Source: an uncultured Gammaproteobacteria bacterium
GTDB lineage: Bacteria > Patescibacteriota > Patescibacteriia > Magasanikbacterales > GCA-002688135
DNA: 64,000 nucleotides
Direction of reading: 5' to 3'
Assembly: GCA_964536205.1 (NCBI GenBank)
Contig: CAZHVT010000006.1
Coordinates: forward strand, 8,623-72,622
A model generated the notes under the pieces. The model made no database searches. It was not told the origin of the DNA and was given only the letters and a program-made list of their open reading frames with translations. Shown piece by piece: positions 39,022 through 47,475 of the stretch (position 1 is the stretch's first letter; every line of letters starts with the position of its first letter). Both the position numbers and the translations under genes were made by a program.

Positions 39022-40785
39022 ATGACTGCACATCAATTACGAGAAACATACATCAAATTTTTTGTAGAGAAAGGGCATACACATATTCCATCTGCGTCTT
39101 TGGTTCCTGATAATGATCCTTCTGTATTATTTACTACAGCTGGGATGCATCCGCTTGTACCGTATTTAATGGGCGAGGCTCATCCTTCTGGTACTCGTTT
39201 GGTTGACTATCAGAAATGTGTGCGTACAGGAGATATTGATGAGGTCGGTGATAATACTCATCTTACTTTTTTTGAGATGCTGGGGAATTGGTCGCTGGGA
39301 GATTATTTTAAGGATGATTCGATTGCATGGAGTTTTGAATTTCTTACTTCAGATAAATGGCTTGGTTTATCTTTAGATATGTTGGCTGTAAGTGTTTTCG
39401 CTGGTGATGATGATGCCGCGCGTGATGAGGAGTCTGCAAAATTGTGGCTAGAGTTGGGAATTTCAGAAAAACGTATTGCGTATTTGGATAAGAATGAAAA
39501 TTGGTGGCCAGCCGGCGGAAAGCATCCTGGCCCTCAAGGACCTGACACAGAAATTTTTTATTGGACTGGGGGAGTTGATGTGCCTGAAGAATTTGATCCT
39601 GAAGATGATCGATGGGTTGAGATTTGGAATAATGTTTTTATGCAGTTTGAGAAAGTTGGGGATGATTTAAAACCGCTTGCGCAGAAGAATGTTGATACCG
39701 GAATGGGATTAGAACGAACTGCGGCTGTATTGCAAGGCCAAGTTAGCGTATACGATACAGAGTTGTTTAGACCTATTATTGAAACGATTGAGAAGTTTGC
39801 AGATGAAGGATCTTCTGAAATTTCGATTAGAATTATTTCTGATCACCTTCGGTCTGCTACGTTTATGTTGGCTGATCGAGCTGGATTAACTCCCTCAAAT
39901 GTTGATCAAGGGTATATCATTCGTCGTTTGATCCGTCGCGCAATTCGTCATGGTCGTATGATTGGTATTGAGGATGCATTTATTGTTGATATCGCTCGAG
40001 TTGTTATTTCTGAATATTCTGACGCATACCCAGAACTTTCTGAAAATCAGGATCATGTTATTGAGAGTTTGCAGCGTGAGGAAGAAAAATTTTCTAAGAC
40101 AATTAAGCGAGGTCTGAAGGAATTCGAAAAGATGATCGCGAAGCACGAGTTGTCAGGAGAACATGCATTTCAATTATTTTCTACATACGGTTTTCCACTG
40201 GAGTTAACAATTGAGCTGGCTCGTGAGAAGGGACAAGCTGTCGACCATGTGGCGTTTGATGCGGAATTTAAGAAACATCAGGATTTGTCTCGTGCAGGAG
40301 CTGGCCAGAAGTTTGCTGGTGGTTTAGCTGATAATGATCCTAAAACTGTGATGGGTCATACCGCAACTCATTTATTACATGCTGCGCTGCGTGAAGTTTT
40401 GGGAGATCATGTTGAGCAGAAGGGTTCTAACATTACTGCAAAACGTTTGAGATTTGATTTCTCTCATCCAGATAAATTGACTGATGATGAAAAAGCTCGA
40501 GTTGAAGCAATTGTGAATAGTAATATTGAGAGTGATTTACCTGTCCAATTTGAAATGCTTACAGTTGAAGAGGCTAAGGAGCGTGGGGCGATTGGATTGT
40601 TTGATGATGCATATGCAAAAATCGGAGATAAAATTAAGGTGTATTTTGTTGGTGATGCGTCATCTGAAATTTGTGGCGGTCCACATGTGCAGTCAACTGG
40701 TGAGATTGGAAGTTTTACCATCATTAAGGAAGAATCTAGTTCGCAAGGAATCCGACGTATTAAGGCGGTTGTTGGATCAGAATGA
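39022..40785 (+). CDS. alaS: alanine--tRNA ligase, short form (catalytic + tRNA-binding + editing domains; no C-terminal C-Ala/DHHA1-like domain)
   Basis: N-terminus FFVEKGHTHIPSASLVP...FTTAGMHPL. Editing-site HTATHLLHAAL and ICGGPHV motifs. The start is set to the ATG at 39022 (MTAHQLRETY). Confidence 0.8.
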   Translation: MTAHQLRETYIKFFVEKGHTHIPSASLVPDNDPSVLFTTAGMHPLVPYLMGEAHPSGTRLVDYQKCVRTGDIDEVGDNTHLTFFEMLGNWSLGDYFKDDSIAWSFEFLTSDKWLGLSLDMLAVSVFAGDDDAARDEESAKLWLELGISEKRIAYLDKNENWWPAGGKHPGPQGPDTEIFYWTGGVDVPEEFDPEDDRWVEIWNNVFMQFEKVGDDLKPLAQKNVDTGMGLERTAAVLQGQVSVYDTELFRPIIETIEKFADEGSSEISIRIISDHLRSATFMLADRAGLTPSNVDQGYIIRRLIRRAIRHGRMIGIEDAFIVDIARVVISEYSDAYPELSENQDHVIESLQREEEKFSKTIKRGLKEFEKMIAKHELSGEHAFQLFSTYGFPLELTIELAREKGQAVDHVAFDAEFKKHQDLSRAGAGQKFAGGLADNDPKTVMGHTATHLLHAALREVLGDHVEQKGSNITAKRLRFDFSHPDKLTDDEKARVEAIVNSNIESDLPVQFEMLTVEEAKERGAIGLFDDAYAKIGDKIKVYFVGDASSEICGGPHVQSTGEIGSFTIIKEESSSQGIRRIKAVVGSE

Positions 40786-40950
40786 CCAATTTTCAAATAA
40801 CAATGTTCATGTAAATTCTAAGCTCTAAACTCGAAATTCAAAAAAGTTGCGGTGTTTAGGGTTTAGTGTTTGCAATTTGAGATTTGTTTGAACATTGTTA
40901 TTTGATCATTGTATTTTTTAAGCTTGTGATTTTATCCTAGACATGTTAGA

Positions 40951-41181
40951 ATGTTGCCAATTATGCCAAAGAAAGACGACGCCATTACACTTCGAGGAAC
41001 CGTGGAGGAAGTTCTACCAGGTGCTAAATTTAAGATAAAGTTAGAATCAGGCCAAACCGTCATGGGTCATTTGGCTGGAAAGTTACGCAGATTTCGTATT
41101 CGTATTGTGATAGGTGATGATGTTCAGGTTGAATTTTCACCCTACGATCTAACGAAAGGAAGAGTCGTATACCGGTTTTAG
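40951..41181 (+). CDS. infA: translation initiation factor IF-1
   Basis: S1-like fold sequence TLRGTVEEVLPGAKFKIKLESGQTVMGHLAGKLRRFRIRIVIGDDVQVEFSPYDLTKGRVVYRF. The start is M1 or M5 (40963). A TTGTGA-17-TAGAAT promoter ends ~10 nt upstream. Confidence 0.85.
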   Translation: MLPIMPKKDDAITLRGTVEEVLPGAKFKIKLESGQTVMGHLAGKLRRFRIRIVIGDDVQVEFSPYDLTKGRVVYRF

Positions 41182-41350
41182 TCTAAAATTAGTGTAGTAT
41201 TAATCCACATGTATATATTGACAAAAATGCAAGTCTTTACTATACTTTGGCCACAACATAATAGTTAACTAGTCAGCCAGGCTGCCCAATTATCGGGCTT
41301 AAATATGCTCCGCTGGCGATCATTTTTTTCAAGAGGAGGAAAACACGAAT

Positions 41351-41464
41351 ATGAAAGTTTCTGCGTCTGTAAAAAAACGCTGCAAAGATTGCAAAATTGT
41401 AAGACGTGGGAAACGCGTTCATGTTTTGTGTAAGACAAAAAAGCATAAGCAACGACAAGGATAA
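41351..41464 (+). CDS. rpmJ: 50S ribosomal protein L36 (37 aa), absent from ORF track because <60 aa
   Basis: [37 protein letters not shown], a C-x2-C...C-x4-H zinc ribbon. SD gaggagga. Preceded by a TTGACA-17-TATACT promoter and a ~110-nt leader. Confidence 0.85.
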   Translation: MKVSASVKKRCKDCKIVRRGKRVHVLCKTKKHKQRQG

Positions 41465-41465
41465 T

Positions 41466-41855
41466 ATGGCAACACGTATTTCAGGAGTCATTTTAGATGA
41501 CAACAAGCGCGTACAGATTGGACTGACCAAGATTTTTGGTGTTGGGGCTACTCGTGCATTGAATATTTTGAAACAGTCTGGTGTAGATCGAAATACTAAG
41601 ATTAAAGATCTATCAGAAGCAGAGATTGCTGGAATTCGTCAGATTATTGAAAAAGATATTACAGTTGAGGGTGATTTGAGACGTGAGATTGTGTCAAATA
41701 TTCAACGATTGAAACAGATTAAATCGTATCGCGGATCACGTCATTCCCGAAACCTGCCAGTTCATGGACAACGAACAAAAACCAACAGTCGAACTGTTCG
41801 TGGAAATAAGCGAAACACGATGGGAAGCGGACGTGTCGCAGTAAGTAAAACCTAG
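41466..41855 (+). CDS. rpsM: 30S ribosomal protein S13
   Basis: MATRISGVILDDNKRVQIGLTKIFGVG... The ORF is trimmed to the ATG at 41466, 1 nt after the rpmJ stop. Confidence 0.9.
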   Translation: MATRISGVILDDNKRVQIGLTKIFGVGATRALNILKQSGVDRNTKIKDLSEAEIAGIRQIIEKDITVEGDLRREIVSNIQRLKQIKSYRGSRHSRNLPVHGQRTKTNSRTVRGNKRNTMGSGRVAVSKT

Positions 41856-41858
41856 AAT

Positions 41859-42329
41859 ATGTCAGACGAACAACCATCACTAGACCCCGTCGCAGAGGCA
41901 GCAGCCGCAATTTTGGCAGCGCCGAAGCAGACAGGTGCAAAGAATAAGAATAGCAAGCGCAAGAAAAAGCGTGCTGACCGTAATGTGCCAGTAGCTATTA
42001 TTTACGTGCAGGTTAGTTATAATAATACATTGATGACAGCAACTGATTTGCAGGGTGATACGCTTGCATGGTCGTCTGCTGGTGCGTGTGGATTCCGTGG
42101 GCCTAAAAAAGCCACACCATATGCAGCGAATGTTACTACTCGTGTGTTGGTTGAAAAATGCAAGAAGTTTAATGTTAAAGAAGCTCATGTGTTTGTGAAG
42201 GGTGTTGGATCTGGTCGTGAATCTGCGATTCGATCAATTCATTCTGGAGGAATCAATGTTTTATCAATTAAGGATGTTACGCCTATTCCACATAATGGAT
42301 GCAGACGTCGTAAACCACGTAGAATTTAA
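41859..42329 (+). CDS. rpsK: 30S ribosomal protein S11 with Lys-rich N-terminal extension
   Basis: VAIIYVQVSYNNTLMTATD...GFRGPKKATPYAA. Confidence 0.9.
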   Translation: MSDEQPSLDPVAEAAAAILAAPKQTGAKNKNSKRKKKRADRNVPVAIIYVQVSYNNTLMTATDLQGDTLAWSSAGACGFRGPKKATPYAANVTTRVLVEKCKKFNVKEAHVFVKGVGSGRESAIRSIHSGGINVLSIKDVTPIPHNGCRRRKPRRI

Positions 42330-42330
42330 T

Positions 42331-42951
42331 ATGCCTTCAAAAGTAGCAATGAAATGTAAAGTGTGTCGTCAGTTCGGAGAATCAGTCTGCGGACGTCCTC
42401 GCTGTGCTGTTAAACGACGTCAAACTCCTCCTGGACAACACGGGCCACTTAAAGCTGCGAAACGTCGTCGTCAAACTGATTATGGAAAGCAATTGACTGA
42501 AAAACAGAAAGCTCGTGCAATTTACAATATTTTGGAAAAGCAATTCCGCAAGTACGTTGCTTCAGCAACAACACATAAGGGAAATACTGCTGTGAATTTG
42601 CAACGCATGCTTGAGAATCGTTTAGATAATGCTGTGTATCGATTAGGACTTGCTCCTACACGTCGTGCTGCACGTCAAATGGTTGGGCATGGACTGATTT
42701 TTGTTGATGGTAAGGCGTTGAGTATTCCTTCATATCAAGTTTCAGTTGGACAAACTATTTCAGTCAAACCGAAAATTCAGAAGGGTAAATTGGGAGATTC
42801 AATTGCGCCTCGTTTGGAAAACATGACACTGCCTTCATGGCTCACACTAGATACTGCTGCTATGAGTGGGAAGGTTGTGAGCGAAGCTACTGAAGCTGAT
42901 TTTGATAAATCATTTGACGCTGGGCAAATCATCGAGTTTTACTCAAGATAA
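42331..42951 (+). CDS. rpsD: 30S ribosomal protein S4 (zinc-ribbon form)
   Basis: Start at ATG 42331 (the ORF track's 42202 start overlaps rpsK in another frame). CKVCR...C...C N-terminus. S4 RNA-binding domain. Confidence 0.9.
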   Translation: MPSKVAMKCKVCRQFGESVCGRPRCAVKRRQTPPGQHGPLKAAKRRRQTDYGKQLTEKQKARAIYNILEKQFRKYVASATTHKGNTAVNLQRMLENRLDNAVYRLGLAPTRRAARQMVGHGLIFVDGKALSIPSYQVSVGQTISVKPKIQKGKLGDSIAPRLENMTLPSWLTLDTAAMSGKVVSEATEADFDKSFDAGQIIEFYSR

Positions 42952-42978
42952 AAACAAATACATATTTATTCCACATCT

Positions 42979-43707
42979 ATGGAACAATTACTGCATCCAT
43001 CAATAGTCAAAATCGAAGCGGGTGAGTCTAAAGCTCATGCGCGCGCTATTGTTGAGCCATGTTATTTTGGCTACGGACAGACATTAGGAAATGCGTTGCG
43101 ACGCGTATTATTGTCATCACTGCCCGGAGCTGCTGTAACTGCAGTGAAAATTAAGGGAGTTTCTCATGAGTTTTCCTCAATGGAAGGCGTGAAAGAAGAT
43201 GTTGTAGAAATCTTATTGAATTTGAAACAGTTAAATTTGAAGTTGCATACACCAGAAGCGCGATTGAAAGTTGATGTGAAAGGTAAGAAGCAAGTCACTG
43301 CTGGAGATATTGCGCCAAATGCTGATGCTGAAGTCGCAAATCCAGAGTTAGTTATCGCTACATTAACTGATGACAAATTGGAATTTTCAATGGATATCTT
43401 GGTTGAGCAGGGTAGAGGATATATTCCAGTTGAAGAGCGAGAGACAAAAGATTTGGAATTAGGAACAATTGCGGTTGATTCAATTTACAATCCAGTCGTA
43501 AATATTGGTTACAAAACAGAAGATGTTCGTGTGGGTGATGTGACTGATTATGAACGATTGGTATTAGATATTGAAACTGATGGAACTATTGAACCAGAAG
43601 AAGCATTAAAACAGGCGTCACAAATCCTTGTAGACCATTTCACCATTGTGCGAGATGGACTTGGAGGAACACCTGCACCTGAAACTGCTGAAGAACCCGT
43701 AGAATAA
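42979..43707 (+). CDS. rpoA: DNA-directed RNA polymerase alpha subunit, N-terminal domain only (242 aa, no alpha-CTD)
   Basis: The alpha-NTD is conserved (GQTLGNALRRVLLSSLPGAAV). The protein ends in an acidic tail, and rplQ starts 18 nt later. Confidence 0.85.
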   Translation: MEQLLHPSIVKIEAGESKAHARAIVEPCYFGYGQTLGNALRRVLLSSLPGAAVTAVKIKGVSHEFSSMEGVKEDVVEILLNLKQLNLKLHTPEARLKVDVKGKKQVTAGDIAPNADAEVANPELVIATLTDDKLEFSMDILVEQGRGYIPVEERETKDLELGTIAVDSIYNPVVNIGYKTEDVRVGDVTDYERLVLDIETDGTIEPEEALKQASQILVDHFTIVRDGLGGTPAPETAEEPVE

Positions 43708-43724
43708 ATTCATAATTCATAAAC

Positions 43725-44075
43725 ATGCGTCATCGAATTAAGAAAACAACTTTTGGAAGGAAGAAGGCCCCTCGCGAGGCTATGCTTCGGAACCTTGCAC
43801 AGAGTGTTGTTTTGTATGAAAAAGTCACTACGACACAAGCGAAAGCCAAGGCTATCCGGCCTATTGTTGAGAAGTTAGTTACGCGCGGTTCTGAATCTAC
43901 ATTGGCAAATCGTCGACATTTGATGAAGTATTTGTATGATGAGAAAGCTGTAAATAAAATTTTGGAGGTTTTAGGTCCGAAATATAAAGAACGAGCTGGC
44001 GGATACACACGCATTACTAAAATTGCAAATCGTTTGGGAGATAACTCTCCTATGGCGGTGATTGAATTTGTATAA
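43725..44075 (+). CDS. rplQ: 50S ribosomal protein L17
   Basis: MRHRIKKTTFGRKKAPREAMLRNL... Confidence 0.9.
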   Translation: MRHRIKKTTFGRKKAPREAMLRNLAQSVVLYEKVTTTQAKAKAIRPIVEKLVTRGSESTLANRRHLMKYLYDEKAVNKILEVLGPKYKERAGGYTRITKIANRLGDNSPMAVIEFV

Positions 44076-44076
44076 T

Positions 44077-44448
44077 ATGCCTTTTGTACAACCACAAGTA
44101 AAAAGAGAAACTCATGTGCTTGATGCAACTGGACAAACTCCGGGGCGTTTGGCTACGCAAATTTCTCGATTGCTCCAGGGAAAGCATAAGGTAAATTATG
44201 AACCACAGTGGGATCTTGGAGATTCAATTGTAGTTCAAAATGTTTCTGCTATGTCGATTTCAGAAAAGAAGGGACTACAGAAAATTTATTATCATTATTC
44301 TGGATATCCTGGTGGAATGAAGGAACGAAAATTGAAAAATGTTTTTGCAGAGCGTCCAGAACGTGTACTGTATTTAGCGGTATATCGTATGCTTCCAAAA
44401 AACAAGTTGCGTGATCGTATGATTAAACGTCTTGTTATTAATCGATAA
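44077..44448 (+). CDS. rplM: 50S ribosomal protein L13
   Basis: Starts at MPFVQPQVKRETHVLDATGQ. Confidence 0.85.
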   Translation: MPFVQPQVKRETHVLDATGQTPGRLATQISRLLQGKHKVNYEPQWDLGDSIVVQNVSAMSISEKKGLQKIYYHYSGYPGGMKERKLKNVFAERPERVLYLAVYRMLPKNKLRDRMIKRLVINR

Positions 44449-44450
44449 GT

Positions 44451-44873
44451 ATGGCTGAAGAAAAAGTACAACAAGAAGAAACAAGAAAATATACTCCAGC
44501 TGTTGGACGTCGTAAGGCTGCAAGTGCTCGAATTCGATTATTTGAGAGTGGGAAAGGTGAGGTTGTAGTTAATGGTAAACCACTTGCTACGCATCTTCCC
44601 GTTGAAACCATGCAAACAACTGTACTCAAGCCTTTGAATGTTGTTGGGCAGGCTAAATCGTTTGATGTAAGTGCAAAAGTTTTGGGCGGGGGATTGGCTG
44701 GGCATGCGGATGCGATTTCTTTGGGAATTGCTCGCGCATTAGTTGCTCATAATCCTGAATATCGTCCCGCTTTGAAAGCCGCAGGATTGTTGATGCGAGA
44801 TGCACGAGAAAAAGAACGAAAGAAACCAGGATTGAAGAAGGCGCGTAAAGCAGCACAGTGGTCAAAACGATAA
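44451..44873 (+). CDS. rpsI: 30S ribosomal protein S9
   Basis: GRRKAASARIRL...C-terminal KKPGLKKARKAAQWSKR. Confidence 0.9.
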   Translation: MAEEKVQQEETRKYTPAVGRRKAASARIRLFESGKGEVVVNGKPLATHLPVETMQTTVLKPLNVVGQAKSFDVSAKVLGGGLAGHADAISLGIARALVAHNPEYRPALKAAGLLMRDAREKERKKPGLKKARKAAQWSKR

Positions 44874-44888
44874 ACTTCAAAAAAATCA

Positions 44889-44911
44889 AAACCTCCTCAC
44901 GGAGGTTTTTT
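44889..44911 (+). terminator. rho-independent terminator after rpsI (aacctcc-tcac-ggaggtt + T6), followed by a TTGACA-17-TATATT promoter (44913-44941)
   Basis: Read directly. Confidence 0.65.
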
Positions 44912-44972
44912 GGTTGACAGATGGCAGTATTGCTGTTATATTTGCAGCGGATCATTTTAATGGGGTACAGCT

Positions 44973-45893
44973 GTGAATCAAGAAAGTGTCAGATGGTATT
45001 TGAATACTGATGAGCCTGGAGTCTTTTTCACGCTTAATCTCGTAAAGATTTTAGCAGTGAATGTTGGGATTGCCCTTTTCATTTCTTTGAGCTTTAGCAT
45101 TTTTTGGTGGATTGATGATTACCAAGAATATGCAACATGGCAGGCAGTTGCTGGAAATGTGTGTCCGAGTGATCATCTTGATTTTAAATCTGCATGCCGT
45201 GATGGTTCAGAGATTCGGGATGTGATCCTTGACGAGCAATATCCTTTTGAACTGGTTCGCGGACAGCGAGAATGGCTTGATGAGCTCATTAGGGATTCAG
45301 AGCTGGATACCGGTGCAGATCACACGTCACTTGAAGATAGGGAATGGGTGGTTTCTGTAGCAAAATCTGGAGTGGTTCCTGACGATATGATTGAACCACC
45401 ATTTGAAGCAAATAATGGTTGGGGTTTATTCATATTTTCCATGAAAACCGGTGTGATTTCTACCCTTTTCTATCTTGCTTTTGTTTGTATGTTCTTGTTT
45501 TTCCAACATTCAATTACACGAACACGATACGCTGTGGTGCGTCAACGCATTGCATCATCTCTTGATTCTGACTTGTTGGGGATCTTCAACATTGCTCACC
45601 TGAAATTGCGCCGATTGCGAGATCTTGCCTCTAGTTCCACTAAGGTAGATGAACTGACAGAAGTACAGAAGACTGCTCAGCAACTCACAACTGAATTGAT
45701 TGAATTGGTTGTTATTCAGATGAGTCGTGATGAGGAGTCGCGCGTGCATCAAGTTTCTGTGCTGTCCAGTGATCTCAGTGAGGTTTCTGATGATGTTCAT
45801 CGTTTGCTTCATGTCGCGCGTGCATCTGCTGAAGCAGAAAAAGTGCATGCAGAAGCTGATGATGCACCAGATGGCGCCGTGCCATCTTCCTAA
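44973..45893 (+). CDS. hypothetical membrane protein (306 aa, GTG start)
   Basis: ORF with a GTG start ~30 nt after the promoter -10. Two hydrophobic segments. Acidic coiled-coil C-terminus. Confidence 0.5.
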   Translation: MNQESVRWYLNTDEPGVFFTLNLVKILAVNVGIALFISLSFSIFWWIDDYQEYATWQAVAGNVCPSDHLDFKSACRDGSEIRDVILDEQYPFELVRGQREWLDELIRDSELDTGADHTSLEDREWVVSVAKSGVVPDDMIEPPFEANNGWGLFIFSMKTGVISTLFYLAFVCMFLFFQHSITRTRYAVVRQRIASSLDSDLLGIFNIAHLKLRRLRDLASSSTKVDELTEVQKTAQQLTTELIELVVIQMSRDEESRVHQVSVLSSDLSEVSDDVHRLLHVARASAEAEKVHAEADDAPDGAVPSS

Positions 45894-45900
45894 TCAAATT

Positions 45901-45924
45901 CCCAGCCATATGCTGGGTTTTTTA
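45901..45924 (+). terminator. rho-independent terminator (cccagc-cata-tgctggg + T6)
   Basis: Read directly. Confidence 0.65.
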
Positions 45925-45960
45925 TTTGAATTTGACATGTAAACATCATATACTAGCTGT

Positions 45961-47475
45961 ATGAGAAAGAGTGTCGCTCACAATACGATCTGGCTGACCG
46001 GGAGTTTGGTAGCACAAAAAGTGCTGTCTTTTGTTTACTTTGCGATTATTGCTCGGCAGCTTGGGGTGGAGGAGACTGGATTGTATGTATTTGCTTTGGC
46101 GTTTACTGCGCTGTTTGGGATTTTCGCGGATTTTGGTCTGACGCCTGTTGTGATTCGTGAAGTCGCGAAAGAAAGAGACCATTCTCAATTTTCTCCACAT
46201 GTTAAGACTAAGTTGATCGTAAGCTTGAGATTGAAGGCACTATTCATTATTTTGTCTGCTGCAGCAGCTGTTGGTTTTGCGAAATTATTGGGATATGAAG
46301 ATCGTACGATTTGGATAGTTCTTGCGACCTCTGGTGTGATGATGCTCGATGCAATCCATGTGTTTGCATATGGAATTTTGCGCGGTGTTCAGAATTTGCG
46401 TTATGAGGCGATTGGGATGTTTGGTGGGCAGCTATTAGTTGTGCTGTTGGGAGGATATGTTTTGTATACCAGCGGTTCGATCTTTTTACTTGTCGGTGCA
46501 CTCGCAGTTGGAAGTTTATTTAATGTGATTAATGGTGTGTATCATGTTTTGCGTGCTGGCATCAAAATTCCTCTTGTTTATAAAGTCACGCTTGGAGATG
46601 TGAAGGGTTTATTACGGATGGCGTGGCCGTTTGCAGCAGCTGGAATTCTAGCAAGAGGGTATGCGCAGATTGATGTAGTTCTTCTTTCTAAGATGTCTGG
46701 ACTTTCCGCAGTTGGATTATATGCAGTTCCATCTAAGATTGTATTTGCGTTTCAGTTTATTCCGATTGCATTGGCTGCGGCATTGTATCCTGCAATGAGT
46801 CGTGCGTTTGTTGCAAGTCGTGAAAAACTTGCACGTATCGTTCATATTTCCATGACGTACTTAATGTTTCTCGCGATTCCTCTCATTGTAATTTTACTCA
46901 CAATGAGCCCAGTCATTATCACATATGTTTTCGGCGAAGCGTATATTTCGAGTATTATTTTGCTTCAGATATTGTCAATTTCGATGTTATTCGGATTCAT
47001 TGACTTTCCGATCGGATCACTGTTAAATGCGGTTCATAAGCAGCATTTGCAAACAGCTTCGATGTTTATCACGTTGTTGACTAATTTGGGACTTAACCTT
47101 GTCTTAATCCCTCGATATGGGGCTCTAGGAGCCACTATAGCGGCTGTTATTGGTCAAACCGTACTATTTATCTCTGGACTGTATTTCGCGCGTAAAGTCA
47201 TTCGTTGGGATGCATCTCTATTACTTTCACGAGCTGTGCGCATGTTAGCTAGTGGAGGAGTTGTTGCAACACTTGCCTTGCTTTTGCTTCCTCGACTTAC
47301 CATTGTTCTCGAAAATTTCTCTCAAGCCGGACAATCGTTGTATTTGTTTGCTACATTACTCGGAGCACTTGCAGGACTTGGAATCGTATATCTTATTTTG
47401 ATTTTTGTACTTCGTGCGATTACCATCGCGGAGGTAAAAACTTTTATTGGAACGTATCTAAAAAAACATGGCTAG
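45961..47475 (+). CDS. polysaccharide/oligosaccharide flippase (Wzx/MOP superfamily) membrane protein
   Basis: About 14 predicted TM helices. N-terminal pattern typical of Wzx-like flippases. Confidence 0.65.
   Translation: MRKSVAHNTIWLTGSLVAQKVLSFVYFAIIARQLGVEETGLYVFALAFTALFGIFADFGLTPVVIREVAKERDHSQFSPHVKTKLIVSLRLKALFIILSAAAAVGFAKLLGYEDRTIWIVLATSGVMMLDAIHVFAYGILRGVQNLRYEAIGMFGGQLLVVLLGGYVLYTSGSIFLLVGALAVGSLFNVINGVYHVLRAGIKIPLVYKVTLGDVKGLLRMAWPFAAAGILARGYAQIDVVLLSKMSGLSAVGLYAVPSKIVFAFQFIPIALAAALYPAMSRAFVASREKLARIVHISMTYLMFLAIPLIVILLTMSPVIITYVFGEAYISSIILLQILSISMLFGFIDFPIGSLLNAVHKQHLQTASMFITLLTNLGLNLVLIPRYGALGATIAAVIGQTVLFISGLYFARKVIRWDASLLLSRAVRMLASGGVVATLALLLLPRLTIVLENFSQAGQSLYLFATLLGALAGLGIVYLILIFVLRAITIAEVKTFIGTYLKKHG

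Noticed and set aside
41182-41350. S4-binding autoregulatory pseudoknot in the rpmJ-rpsM leader
   Set aside because: The ~110-nt leader downstream of a good promoter could play this role, but I could not identify a convincing conserved structure by eye. Left unassigned.
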